Part shown: positions 16,064-25,767 of the stretch, piece after piece | Layout of the letters: each line of letters begins with the position of its first letter | Position numbering within the stretch: the stretch's first letter is position 1 | From: an uncultured Bacteroidales bacterium | GTDB lineage: Bacteria; Bacteroidota; Bacteroidia; Bacteroidales; UBA3663 | DNA: 53,636 bases | Direction of reading: 5' to 3' | NCBI GenBank assembly: GCA_902776605.1 | Contig: CACYQQ010000002.1 | Coordinates: forward strand, 1-53,636 | Notes under the pieces: generated by a model | The model's input: only the letters and a program-made list of their open reading frames with translations | Told to the model about the DNA's origin: nothing | The model's database searches: none | Made by a program: the position numbers and the translations under genes

Positions 16064-19000
16064 TTAGAAACCAACCTGTAAACCAAATGTAAAGCCTCGG
16101 TTGTAGTAGGTCTTGTTGGTATCAAGATCCTGCCAATCAATGGTTGAGTAGAGGTCACCCAAGTTCTTGGCCTGAGCATAAACCTTGAGGGTGTTCAAAC
16201 CATACTTCTTGCAGAACTTGGCTGGAACATTGTAACCCAACGAAATATTGCGAACCTTGATGAAGGATGCCTTCTTGAAACCGAGCAAGCCTGAGTAAGA
16301 GTCACCACCAGCGGTAGAGTAAACAGGCTTCTGCCACTCTGCACCAGTATTGTCTGGACACCAGTAGTCAATCTCACGCTGGTTGTACATACCGAACTGA
16401 CCTTCGCCACCGGTTGAAATCATGTAGCCCATACGAGAGTTGAGCACGATGCCGAGTTCGAGACCCTTCCAAGAGAAGGTGTTGGACCAACCCATAGTGA
16501 CGGATGGATCCTGATTGCCAAGGATGACACGGTCGTCTTCGTCAATCTTGTAGTCACCATTCTGATCGACAGGACGGACACTACCTGCTGTGAACTTATG
16601 GCCATTGGCATTGAACTTAGCCATCTCCTCGGCATCAGACTCCTGCCAGAGACCAGCATTGTCGTAACCATAGTAAACATGTATTGCCTCACCAACGAAC
16701 CAATTGTTTGTCTTATCCTCAGTCATACCACTGTACAACTTGGTAAGTTCATCCTTCTGGTAAGCGAAGTTGAAGTCGGTGCTCCAAGTGAAGTCACCCA
16801 CCTTGACTGGAATGGCATTGATGGTTAACTCCGTACCGAAGTTCTTGCTCTCGCCACAGTTGGTCTCAATGCCAGGATAACCTGTCAAAGAAGAAAGAGT
16901 ACGTGTCATGAGCAAATCGGTCGTACGTGTTGAATAGATATCAATGACACCACCAAGACGACCACCTAAGACACTGAAGTCAATACCATAGTTAATCTGA
17001 GTGGTCGTCTCCCAGCCCTTGTTTTTATCTGCCTTATAGTTATATTTATTGGTATAATATGGCTCATTGGTAACGAGGATACGTACATTGCCATTAGAGG
17101 TAGGCAAATTGAAAACGTTGATTTTATCAAACGTACCGTAAGGACTTACCGAAGAGTTACCTGTTTTACCTACACCAAAACGGACTTTGAACTGGTCAAG
17201 CCAATCAATGTCTTGCATGAAGTCTTCCTGCTCCATACGCCAGCCCAATGCCATTGATGGGAAGAATGACCATTTGTTGCCTGGTGCCAATACTGAAGCA
17301 GCATCATAACGACCTGATACAGTGAGCAAATAACGCTCCTTGAAAGAGTAGTTCAAACGAGCCAGGTAAGAAAGCATTTGCTGATCTTCGAAGCCAGTAC
17401 CGATTTGTACGTCATATCCCTTTGTATCCGTAATATCCAAGTAATTATTGGTCATATTATACCAAAGGAAGGATGACAGCATGACATTCTTCTGACTGAT
17501 GTTACCAGTCTCCGTATTTGAACGAGAAATACTATGCACGAAAGTAGCAGTAATATTATGATCGCCCAAAGTCTTGGTATAGTTGAACTGGTTATCCAAT
17601 GTCCATGCAATACGACGTCTTGATGCCCAAGAAGCATAATTTGCAGAACCTGCTCTAACAGCTGAAGTCTCGTCCAAGAAGATACCCTGACGACGATAGT
17701 TGAAGTCAGGACCATAGCTGAGGCGATAGGTCAAACCCTCAAAAGGTTCCAAAATCTTGCCAAAGTCAATGTTGGCATAGAAACTACCCAGGAGGCGGAA
17801 TGCTTCACGGCTATCGGTAGACTTCTTCCATTCATCCACTACGGTATATACGTTAGTCGTACTACCACAAGGCTGGCTGACGATATCACCATTCTCATCG
17901 TATGGAACACCGAAACGAGGAATAGCCTTAGCAGCACTATAGATATCAACAGGACCAGAACTTGAAGACTGACCTGTACGTGAATAACCATACTCCTGAT
18001 TGGTGTAAGCAATGTTGATAGAACCACCCATCTTGAACCAAGGCTTAGCCTGTACATCAGCGGTGGCAGTGAAATTATATCTTCTATATTCCTGACCCTT
18101 CTGTGTACCTTCATTATCGAGGTAACCAAAAGAAGCAGAGGCATTTACCTTCTCAGTACCGCCACTGACACTCAAAGTATGCTCCTGAGTGACACCCGTA
18201 CGAGAAACCATATCTGCCCAATCGGTATCGATAACTTTGGAACCATCCCAAGTACCAGATGCCCAACCCCTCATGACATTGTTGTAAGCAGCTGGGTCAC
18301 CAGATGCGGCAAAGAAACTCTCATCCTGTTCCTTGGTTGGCTTATCACCAGTAGTATAAAGATCCGGATTTGAGTTGTAATAAGCCCAACGACGCCATGT
18401 GATATAGTCCGAAGCCTTCATGGCAGGAGCCTTATCCTTGATTGTCTCGAAAGTGAAAGAGCCCTTGTAGTTGATACGGGTCGTACCCTGCTCACCACGG
18501 TTGGTAGTAACGAGGATGACACCATTGGCACCACGAGAACCGTAAATAGCGGTTGAAGAAGCATCCTTCAAGATATCAATGCTCTTGATATCAGCAGGAT
18601 TGATAGCTTCAATACCACCTGTCCACAACGGCACACCATCTACGACATAGAGTGGAGTATTTCCTGCATTGAGCGAACGGTTACCACGGATACGGATAGA
18701 ACCCAATTCACCAGGACGCTCGTTGGTGGTGATGTCCACACCAGCGGCCTTGCCCTGCAATGCTTCGAGAGCATTTGGCACTGGACGGTTCATAAGTTTT
18801 CTTTCGTCCACGTGGAGCACGGCTCCGGTGACATCACTCTTACGCTGAACGCCGTAACCTACCATTACGACCTCACCGAGCATTTGATTGTCCTCTTGGA
18901 GAGTGACAGAGATTTTTGACTTGCCTGCTACGCTGACTTCCTGAGTGGCATAACCCATGAAGGAAACCTTCAGGACAGCATTATCAGACACATTTCTGAG

Positions 19001-19189
19001 AGTGAAGTTACCATCGGCATCTGTCATGGTACCTTCCTGTGAGCCCTTGATTACCACGTTGGCACCGATGATTGGATCTCCAAGTTCATCGACGACCACA
19101 CCAGTCACGGTCTTCTGGGCGAAGGCCGAGACAGAGATGAACAGCATGGTAAAGAGCACAAGACAAAGTTTAGTTACTCTGCTTTTCAT
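16064..19189 (-). CDS. susC: SusC/RagA-family TonB-dependent outer-membrane transporter
   Basis: 1041 aa with an N-terminal carboxypeptidase-regulatory-like domain (VTGVVVDELGDPIIGANVVIKG), a plug, a barrel, and a terminal aromatic F. Confidence 0.95.
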   Translation of the reverse strand: MKSRVTKLCLVLFTMLFISVSAFAQKTVTGVVVDELGDPIIGANVVIKGSQEGTMTDADGNFTLRNVSDNAVLKVSFMGYATQEVSVAGKSKISVTLQEDNQMLGEVVMVGYGVQRKSDVTGAVLHVDERKLMNRPVPNALEALQGKAAGVDITTNERPGELGSIRIRGNRSLNAGNTPLYVVDGVPLWTGGIEAINPADIKSIDILKDASSTAIYGSRGANGVILVTTNRGEQGTTRINYKGSFTFETIKDKAPAMKASDYITWRRWAYYNSNPDLYTTGDKPTKEQDESFFAASGDPAAYNNVMRGWASGTWDGSKVIDTDWADMVSRTGVTQEHTLSVSGGTEKVNASASFGYLDNEGTQKGQEYRRYNFTATADVQAKPWFKMGGSINIAYTNQEYGYSRTGQSSSSGPVDIYSAAKAIPRFGVPYDENGDIVSQPCGSTTNVYTVVDEWKKSTDSREAFRLLGSFYANIDFGKILEPFEGLTYRLSYGPDFNYRRQGIFLDETSAVRAGSANYASWASRRRIAWTLDNQFNYTKTLGDHNITATFVHSISRSNTETGNISQKNVMLSSFLWYNMTNNYLDITDTKGYDVQIGTGFEDQQMLSYLARLNYSFKERYLLTVSGRYDAASVLAPGNKWSFFPSMALGWRMEQEDFMQDIDWLDQFKVRFGVGKTGNSSVSPYGTFDKINVFNLPTSNGNVRILVTNEPYYTNKYNYKADKNKGWETTTQINYGIDFSVLGGRLGGVIDIYSTRTTDLLMTRTLSSLTGYPGIETNCGESKNFGTELTINAIPVKVGDFTWSTDFNFAYQKDELTKLYSGMTEDKTNNWFVGEAIHVYYGYDNAGLWQESDAEEMAKFNANGHKFTAGSVRPVDQNGDYKIDEDDRVILGNQDPSVTMGWSNTFSWKGLELGIVLNSRMGYMISTGGEGQFGMYNQREIDYWCPDNTGAEWQKPVYSTAGGDSYSGLLGFKKASFIKVRNISLGYNVPAKFCKKYGLNTLKVYAQAKNLGDLYSTIDWQDLDTNKTYYNRGFTFGLQVGF

Positions 19190-19285
19190 GTTTGATTAAA
19201 TTTGTTAATAAATAAGTTAGTTTGAAATTATTCGCTAAATGATTGTACCTTGATTACAAACTTGAGGGAGCTAACGGACAAAAGA

Positions 19286-19419
19286 AAATTGAAAGTTGAA
19301 AAACTTCCGAGTACTCCGAGTATTCCGATAACTCTGATTACTCCGATGGCTCCCGCGCTCTTTAGCGCCAAAGGCTATTAGCGCGCGAAGCACTTTTAGC
19401 GGCTCGCAGAGCCTATTAG
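19286..19419 (+). repeat. Mosaic intergenic element, copy 2 (in the susC upstream region)
   Basis: Same module order as 11586-11740. Confidence 0.85.
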
Positions 19420-19631
19420 TTTCTTCTGTCGTCTTTAACTACTTAATTAACTCCATTACACATTTCCAACCTCAAGTATTTTTCACTACGCGTATTTGTG
19501 GTTACAATGATGTTTTTCACCCACAAATATGGTAATTATTTAATATACTGGTGCAAATTTATTAAATATTTTTAATATATCTGCTAAAATTTGTGAATCG
19601 GGGTGCCATTTTGCCCCTTTTTCAACAATTT

Positions 19632-22600
19632 TTACCCATAATTCCCCTCTTCATCCAAGGCTGGGCGCTCCATCTGTATCTTACAGTATTCGGTAGGTAA
19701 CATACCGAACTCCTTACGGAAACAGTTGGAGAAATACTTGGGGTCGTTGAAGCCCACGCTGTAAGCCACCTCGTTGACACGCAGGTTGGGGTTGCTCTCC
19801 ATAATCTGGCAAGCCGCCTTGAGACGGATGTTACGGATGAAGCCCGACGGATTGAGGTTGGTGAGCGAGCGCAGTTTCTTGTAGAGGGTGGAACGGCTCG
19901 ACGCCATCTCGCTGGCGAACTGCGCCACCTCGAAGTCGGTATCGCTCAGGTGGTTATGGATGCAGGCAATGGCGCGTGCCAGGAAGTCCTGGTCGATGTC
20001 GGTATAGTGCAGGTTCTGGAGGTCGAGGGTAATCTCGTCCTTGAACGAGTCGGCGTCGCGTTGGCGGCTACGCAACAGGTTGTGAATACGTGCCAACAGA
20101 ACCGAGAGACTGAACGGCTTGGTGAGGTAGGCATCGGCGCCTGCCAGGTAACCGGCATCGCGGTCCTCCTCGGTGCGCTTGGCGGTGAGCAGGATGATGG
20201 GGATGTGGCAAACCTCGACGTCGGCCTTGGCGCGACGGGTCATCTCCATGCCATCCATGTTGGGCATGATGACATCGGACACCACCAGACTGACGTCGTC
20301 GGTGTGCATGATGTGGAGTGCTTCGAGTCCATCGGAGGCCAACAGAACGTTGAACTCCCGTCGCAACAACCGCTGCATGACGGAACGCAGCTCTTCGTTG
20401 TCCTCGACCAACAGAATCTTAGGTGCATCGTTCTCCTCGACGACCTCCTCTTCCTCGGCCACGGCGGCAGCCGCATCGGCATCGTCCAACACCAACGGCA
20501 CCCCGGGTTTGGGGTCGTCTATCTGTATAATCTGCTGTGGATCATAGGCATCCGCCTCGATAGGCAACTCGATGCTGAATGTGGTGCCCTGCCCCACTTT
20601 CGACTCCACCTGTATGGTGCCTCGGTGCAACAGGACCAAGTCGTGCACCAACGAGAGGCCAATGCCCGTGCCGATGGTGTGACTCTGTCGGTAGTCGCCT
20701 TCGTAGAACCGACGGAACAGTCCTTTCAGTTGCTGTTCGCTCATGCCTCGACCCGTGTCGCTCACCTGCAGGAGGACGTTGCGCCGGCCGTCGGTATAGG
20801 TGGCTTTGAGCACAATATTTCCGCCCGATTCGGTATATTTGGCGGCATTGCTCAATAGGTTATAGACAATCTTATCGACCTTATCGGGGTCAAAGTAACC
20901 GCGCATCACCTCCTGTTGGCACTGGACCGACACCTCCAGATGGTGCTGACGGATGAGGGGGATGAAACTCTCCACCTCATGGCGCAGGAAGAGTGCGATA
21001 TCTCCCTCTGCCACACGGAGTTGCAAGTTGCCTGTCTCGGCCTTGCGGAACTCCAATATCTGTTGCAGGAGGCGCACCAGACGACGCACGTTGACGCCCA
21101 TGGTCTCGATAAGTTCGTTCTCGCCGTTCATCTGGCTCTTGAGTTCTTCGAGCGAGGCGGAGATGATCGTAAGCGGCGTAACCAGCTCGTGAGTGATGTT
21201 GGCAAAGAACTGCAACTTGACGTGGTTCAACTCCTCGACCTTCTCGTTCTCCAACTTCTGCACCCGCAGGGCATTGCGCAACATGACTTTGTTCTTGATG
21301 GTGTGCAGGATATAGCCCAACACCGCAGCGCCCAGACACATATATATAATATAGGCCCACCACGAGAGCCACCACGGCGGAGTGAGGGTAATCTTCAAGC
21401 GACACACCTGACTCCAGTCGCCATTCTCGTTGCTGCCCTTCACCTCGAAGGTATATGCGCCAGCCGGCAAGTGGTCATAGTAGGCAACGCGGTTGCCGGC
21501 ATCGACATAGCGCCACACGTTGTCGAACCCCACCAATCGATAGGCATAACGGTTGTGCTGCGGCATGTTGTACGACAAGGCGGAGAACTTCACCTCGAAG
21601 TTGTCGTACTTGGACGACAGGGTGACGGCCTCGGAATGCGTTATGTGCTTGTCCGTGATGGCGTTACGCTCCTCGTCGGGCAACTGCGAGAGTGATATAC
21701 CGTTCAACATCAAGTCGGTGATGCGGCACACCACGTCGCGCTTGGCAATGCGGGTGGCAAAGGGTCGGAAATAGACCAATCCCTGATTGCAACCGAAGTA
21801 GAGCATCCCGTCTGCCTGATAGGAGGAACGCAGGTTGATGAAGTTGCCCGGCAGACCGTCGGAACCCGAGAAGATGTGCATTGTGCCGAGGTTCAGACTG
21901 TCCAACGACATGTAAACCAACGCATTATCGGTGCCCAACCAATAGTTGCCCACCGAATCCTGTTCCATGCAGGTGACCATGTCGCCAGGGAGGTTATATT
22001 GCCGATGGACGGCCTCGAAACGGCGGCTCTGCTCGTCGTACAGACAGAGTCCTGCCGACTCCAATCCCGCCCAGACGTGTCCCCGTCGGTCGGTATAGAC
22101 AAACAGCACGCTGTTGCCTGGCAACGTGCCTGCCTCGATGCTGTAATGCTCTACCTGACAGCTCTTTGGGTCATGCAGGTTGCCGCTGAGGCGGACGATG
22201 CCGTGCGACGAAGTGGAGAGCCAGACGTCACCCCGTAAGCCCACCGCCACATGCACCATGTCGCAACCCAACAGCGAGTCGCCCCGCCCGGCGGCATAGG
22301 CATAGTTGCTGCCGTCGGCATAGCGCACACCCAAGCCGCGGTAGGTGGCAATCCACCAGTTACCCTCTTTATCCTCAGTGAGATAGTGTATGTTATTGGA
22401 GGGCAGGAAGGCGGCTTGCGGTTGTCGGTACAACCCCACCTCGCGCCCCTCGGAACAGACGGCAAGACCACGGTCGCGCAGGGAGACCAACACCTCGTCG
22501 GTACGCTCGCTATGGAAAACGCCCTGCACCTTGACGGCCTCGGCTTTCTCGTCGAAGACGGGACGCGCCTCCTTGCCTCGGATATACGCCACATTGTAAC

Positions 22601-23780
22601 CGGCGGCAATCCACAAGGCATTCTCCTTATCGACATAGACGCCCTCGACCGAGTTGGTAGCCACGGAGGTCAACTCCCTGGGGCTCAACGTATTGAAGAG
22701 CGAACTGTTCAGGTTCGTGTGGAAGACGCCGCCATTGTCGGTGGCCAACCAGATCATCCCCTCGCTGTCGCAGATGACGTCGTTCACCTCATGCTCGGGG
22801 AAGTAATGGTGCCGTGCATCGTCGCTATAGTTGATGAAATGGGGCTTGCCCAACGCATCGACTTGCATCACGCTGATACCCAATCGGGTGCCTACCCAGA
22901 TGAGGTGGTCTTTGGGGTGCTCGACGAACGAGAGGACATGGTCGGACAACAGCGAAGTGGCATCCTCGTCACTGTGAACGTACCGTTCGATGTGCAGCTC
23001 CTGCTTGTCGGTCGAGAACGTAAGTCTCAGTAAACCATAGCCATACGTACCCAACCAGATGTTACCATAGGTGTCGCGCAACAGGCGTTGGTGACTGATC
23101 TGCCTGCGCCCCTCTCCGGGCATGTCGTAATGGATGAAACGGTGCTCGCTCGGGATGTATCGATACAGACCATTGGCCCACGTGGAGATGAAAAGGTCTC
23201 CATCGGCATCCTCCAGCAAGGACTGACAATTGGCATTCTCGGGCGACGGTCCGTTGAACCCTTGTCCGGCCAGCAGGAACAAGGTGTCGCGCCCCTCGTC
23301 GTAACGATACACACCGCGGAGGAAGGCAAAATAGAGGTTGCCGTCGCGCGTCTGCACGATGTGCTGGATACGTGGACGTGCCACGTTGCTCAAGGTATAG
23401 TCGCGCATCTGTCCGGTGTGCAGGTCCAGACGACTGAGGCCCTCCTCGGTACCTATCCAGAGGCGATGCTTGCGGTCCTCGCACAGAGCCAATACATTGT
23501 TGTTTATCAGTCGGTTATGACTGTCTATGCTGGCATTGTACTTACGCACGCCATAGCCGTCGTAGCAATACAGTCCGTGGTAGGTGGCCATCCAGATGAA
23601 ACCGTCGCTGTCCTGCAAGAGGCCGTGCACCTTGCTGGTAGGCAACCCCTGCTGCGTAGAGTACTGGCTGAAGGTCAATCCCTCCGGCACCTGACCCAGC
23701 AAGGTCATCGTCGCTACCCAACAGGCAACGACCACACTCACGATTCTGTTCAGGACAGTGCTCATCAAGATATTAAACAA
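19632..23780 (-). CDS. Hybrid two-component system regulator (beta-propeller/Y_Y_Y sensor, HisKA, HATPase, REC, AraC HTH)
   Basis: 1382 aa. H-box FANITHELVTPLT, G-box SDTGRGM..GTGIGLSL, REC ILLVEDNEEL..DVIMPNMDG, and a C-terminal AraC HTH. The start could instead be the M at 23765. Confidence 0.9.
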   Translation of the reverse strand: MFNILMSTVLNRIVSVVVACWVATMTLLGQVPEGLTFSQYSTQQGLPTSKVHGLLQDSDGFIWMATYHGLYCYDGYGVRKYNASIDSHNRLINNNVLALCEDRKHRLWIGTEEGLSRLDLHTGQMRDYTLSNVARPRIQHIVQTRDGNLYFAFLRGVYRYDEGRDTLFLLAGQGFNGPSPENANCQSLLEDADGDLFISTWANGLYRYIPSEHRFIHYDMPGEGRRQISHQRLLRDTYGNIWLGTYGYGLLRLTFSTDKQELHIERYVHSDEDATSLLSDHVLSFVEHPKDHLIWVGTRLGISVMQVDALGKPHFINYSDDARHHYFPEHEVNDVICDSEGMIWLATDNGGVFHTNLNSSLFNTLSPRELTSVATNSVEGVYVDKENALWIAAGYNVAYIRGKEARPVFDEKAEAVKVQGVFHSERTDEVLVSLRDRGLAVCSEGREVGLYRQPQAAFLPSNNIHYLTEDKEGNWWIATYRGLGVRYADGSNYAYAAGRGDSLLGCDMVHVAVGLRGDVWLSTSSHGIVRLSGNLHDPKSCQVEHYSIEAGTLPGNSVLFVYTDRRGHVWAGLESAGLCLYDEQSRRFEAVHRQYNLPGDMVTCMEQDSVGNYWLGTDNALVYMSLDSLNLGTMHIFSGSDGLPGNFINLRSSYQADGMLYFGCNQGLVYFRPFATRIAKRDVVCRITDLMLNGISLSQLPDEERNAITDKHITHSEAVTLSSKYDNFEVKFSALSYNMPQHNRYAYRLVGFDNVWRYVDAGNRVAYYDHLPAGAYTFEVKGSNENGDWSQVCRLKITLTPPWWLSWWAYIIYMCLGAAVLGYILHTIKNKVMLRNALRVQKLENEKVEELNHVKLQFFANITHELVTPLTIISASLEELKSQMNGENELIETMGVNVRRLVRLLQQILEFRKAETGNLQLRVAEGDIALFLRHEVESFIPLIRQHHLEVSVQCQQEVMRGYFDPDKVDKIVYNLLSNAAKYTESGGNIVLKATYTDGRRNVLLQVSDTGRGMSEQQLKGLFRRFYEGDYRQSHTIGTGIGLSLVHDLVLLHRGTIQVESKVGQGTTFSIELPIEADAYDPQQIIQIDDPKPGVPLVLDDADAAAAVAEEEEVVEENDAPKILLVEDNEELRSVMQRLLRREFNVLLASDGLEALHIMHTDDVSLVVSDVIMPNMDGMEMTRRAKADVEVCHIPIILLTAKRTEEDRDAGYLAGADAYLTKPFSLSVLLARIHNLLRSRQRDADSFKDEITLDLQNLHYTDIDQDFLARAIACIHNHLSDTDFEVAQFASEMASSRSTLYKKLRSLTNLNPSGFIRNIRLKAACQIMESNPNLRVNEVAYSVGFNDPKYFSNCFRKEFGMLPTEYCKIQMERPALDEEGNYG

Positions 23781-23797
23781 GAATTAAACAGGAAAAA

Positions 23798-23825
23798 CTC
23801 AAGAATTAGAGAATTGGAGAAAGAA
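23798..23825 (+). repeat. CTCAAGAATTAGAGAATTGGAGAA module (GAATTAGA stutter)
   Basis: The same module heads each unit of the 52338-52995 tandem array and occurs inverted at 33133-33161. Confidence 0.8.
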
Positions 23826-24004
23826 TAGAAAACGTGATTCAATAAATCTCCTCCAACGGGTTAAACTATAAACGTGGAATTTTACAGAAATCGCCCTTAC
23901 CTACCGCAAAGTAACACAATATTTAATATACCAAGGTCGAATCATGGTTAAAAAATGGGTAAATGGCCACAAATTCAGGGCGTTGGGGACAAAGTGTAAA
24001 GTTG

Positions 24005-24049
24005 AAAATCACATTTGAAACGCAAAAAAGTCATTTCAAATGTGATTTT
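24005..24049. repeat. Perfect 16-bp inverted repeat AAAATCACATTTGAAA / TTTCAAATGTGATTTT with a 13-nt loop
   Basis: Read directly from the sequence; arms at 24005-24020 and 24034-24049. Confidence 0.85.
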
Positions 24050-24077
24050 GGATTTTCAAAGCGGAGTCTGTTCTCCT

Positions 24078-24169
24078 AAATCGCTTAGTCCATTAAGCGA
24101 TTTTTGCCAAATTTCGCTTATTGCAGTAACCTTTTTTGACCGAGAATCGCTTATTGCAGTAAGCGATTC
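24078..24169. repeat. Two 10-6-10 palindromes (A/G)AATCGCTTA-N6-TAAGCGATT(T/C) plus a third half-site
   Basis: Palindromes at 24078-24103 and 24144-24169. The 16-nt direct repeat TCGCTTATTGCAGTAA occurs at 24114 and 24147. Confidence 0.8.
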
Positions 24170-24583
24170 CGTCCGAATGAGGATAGTACCTCCCCCTACC
24201 GTCGCGCTCCCAATCGGGGCAAACTTGGGTCAATAATTGGTCTTAATTCGGTGATTGATTTCTCTTGATCCGACCTTACGCCAATCATACTCCAATCAAT
24301 ACCCAATCGATACCTGACTAATACAAAATCATCACAGCAACAGCCGATGGACGGCAGGGTACAAGAGGAGCGAAAGGGGTAGAACGAAAATGCTGTTGCA
24401 GGGAAAGATTCTCAATACCGAGAAAAATGCTTAAACAAAAATCCTAAGATAAAGAAGAGTAAAAATATCGAAGGAATTATATAGAACAAAAGCATAAACC
24501 ATTGACTATGCTTGATGCATTTTTGATTATCAAATTTTCGTTTAGAGGTCAATAATTGGACAATCTTTTCAATGTCTTTATCC

Positions 24584-24991
24584 TCAAAATAGTTCTATCC
24601 TTAGGGTATTTATCTTTCGTTCATACTGGTCATAAAAATCCAAGAACTGATAATGATAATTTCCATATCTACCAAATTGGTACGACCGCGTTCTGCAATA
24701 TTGGAAATCCTTCCACGACAGTTCTACCCTTTTGCGCAAAAACAAGGGACCTGTTCTTCCTTCAAATAATAAGCCAGAACTATTGATCGTCAGCCGGTTA
24801 TGCAACCGTACTAAATAATGAGTTATCATCCATAAAAAAAACAATGCCCAAAAGAAGAAAAAGGGCAAATTCTTAATCTCTTCAATGCTCAGAAGGAAGA
24901 GTATAAAAGAAAAAACAATACACATTCCCACCCCAAAATAGCTTTGAGCTTTTGAGGGTGAGAATGTTATGGGTTGATTATTTTCTTTCAT
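24584..24991 (-). CDS. Small membrane protein (2 TM plus a possible bacterial PH-like domain)
   Basis: 135 aa, AT-rich, with two hydrophobic helices followed by a soluble ~70-aa domain. The PH-like call is a guess. Confidence 0.55.
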   Translation of the reverse strand: MKENNQPITFSPSKAQSYFGVGMCIVFSFILFLLSIEEIKNLPFFFFWALFFLWMITHYLVRLHNRLTINSSGLLFEGRTGPLFLRKRVELSWKDFQYCRTRSYQFGRYGNYHYQFLDFYDQYERKINTLRIELF

Positions 24992-25009
24992 GATTACTTC
25001 TATTTTGCC
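24923..25009. repeat. 87-bp direct repeat, left copy
   Basis: 79 of 87 positions are identical to 25681-25767. It covers the first 23 codons of the 135-aa gene and its upstream 18 nt. Confidence 0.9.
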
Positions 25010-25110
25010 TATTGCTCAAATAATACAGAACCGTATTCTATTTCAATAGATGCCAAATTTCGATTTTTCAGTAAGCGATTTAGACTGAATTATTCAAATT
25101 TCAAAAAAAC

Positions 25111-25641
25111 TTACTGGCGAGCAGGTTTATCTTTTATGACCAATGTAATAAGAACTCCAAGCAATAACATTATAATTGAAAAGAAGATGATTTCGAAATG
25201 CCCAACTGCTGGAGTTTCTAAATCATGAGATACATTATTATAATACAAAATCATCGAATATTTCAATGCTACACATACTGCAGATAAAGTATACAAATGA
25301 AATACTAAAAAGCTCTTTAAGTTCTTTGCTACATAATAATTAATTATTACTGCCAAAGGAATTTCCACAAACAAGATAGCATCTCCACTTACACCTGTTC
25401 TATAAATAATCATATTCCAAACGGGTATCAAGGAACTAAAGGTTAAGGAAACTAGAGTAATCCAATTAAGACTCTTGTTTATTAACCACAAAGACAGAAC
25501 CGCTACTATCAATGACGTGACATTAATAACCCCAGCCCACAATTTTGGGCTTTCTATCTCTACTGGAAGACATAGAACACCCCAACAGATAAAGATGGCC
25601 GAACCTATCAGCAGCAAAATGGCAAAAAGTATCTTTTTCAT
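25111..25641 (-). CDS. Polytopic small membrane protein (~5 TM), function unknown
   Basis: 176 aa, very hydrophobic, AT-rich. It lies between the two 87-bp direct repeats. Confidence 0.6.
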   Translation of the reverse strand: MKKILFAILLLIGSAIFICWGVLCLPVEIESPKLWAGVINVTSLIVAVLSLWLINKSLNWITLVSLTFSSLIPVWNMIIYRTGVSGDAILFVEIPLAVIINYYVAKNLKSFLVFHLYTLSAVCVALKYSMILYYNNVSHDLETPAVGHFEIIFFSIIMLLLGVLITLVIKDKPARQ

Positions 25642-25668
25642 TTTTAAATGTTTTTGTTATTATGTATT

Positions 25669-25752
25669 TCAATACAAAAACATTCCCACCCGCAAATAGC
25701 TCTGAGCTTTTGAGGGTGAGAATGTTATGGGCTCATTATTTTCTTTCTTCAT
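25669..25752 (-). pseudogene. 27-codon remnant of the N-terminus of the 135-aa membrane protein, coupled by TAATG to the DUF4919-like gene
   Basis: MKKENNEPITFSPSKAQSYLRVGMFLY* aligns with MKENNQPITFSPSKAQSYFGVGM of the gene at 24584..24991. It lies inside the right 87-bp repeat. Confidence 0.6.
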
Positions 25753-25767
25753 TACTTCTCTTTTGCC
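25681..25767. repeat. 87-bp direct repeat, right copy
   Basis: See 24923-25009. It includes the last 5 codons and the stop of the DUF4919-like gene. Confidence 0.9.

Noticed and set aside
24015-24786. Small ORFs 24015..24236 and 24556..24786 at the left end of the accessory block.
   Set aside because: The first is a translation of the palindrome cluster. The second is antisense to the 135-aa membrane protein gene. Neither has a promoter or a plausible start context.
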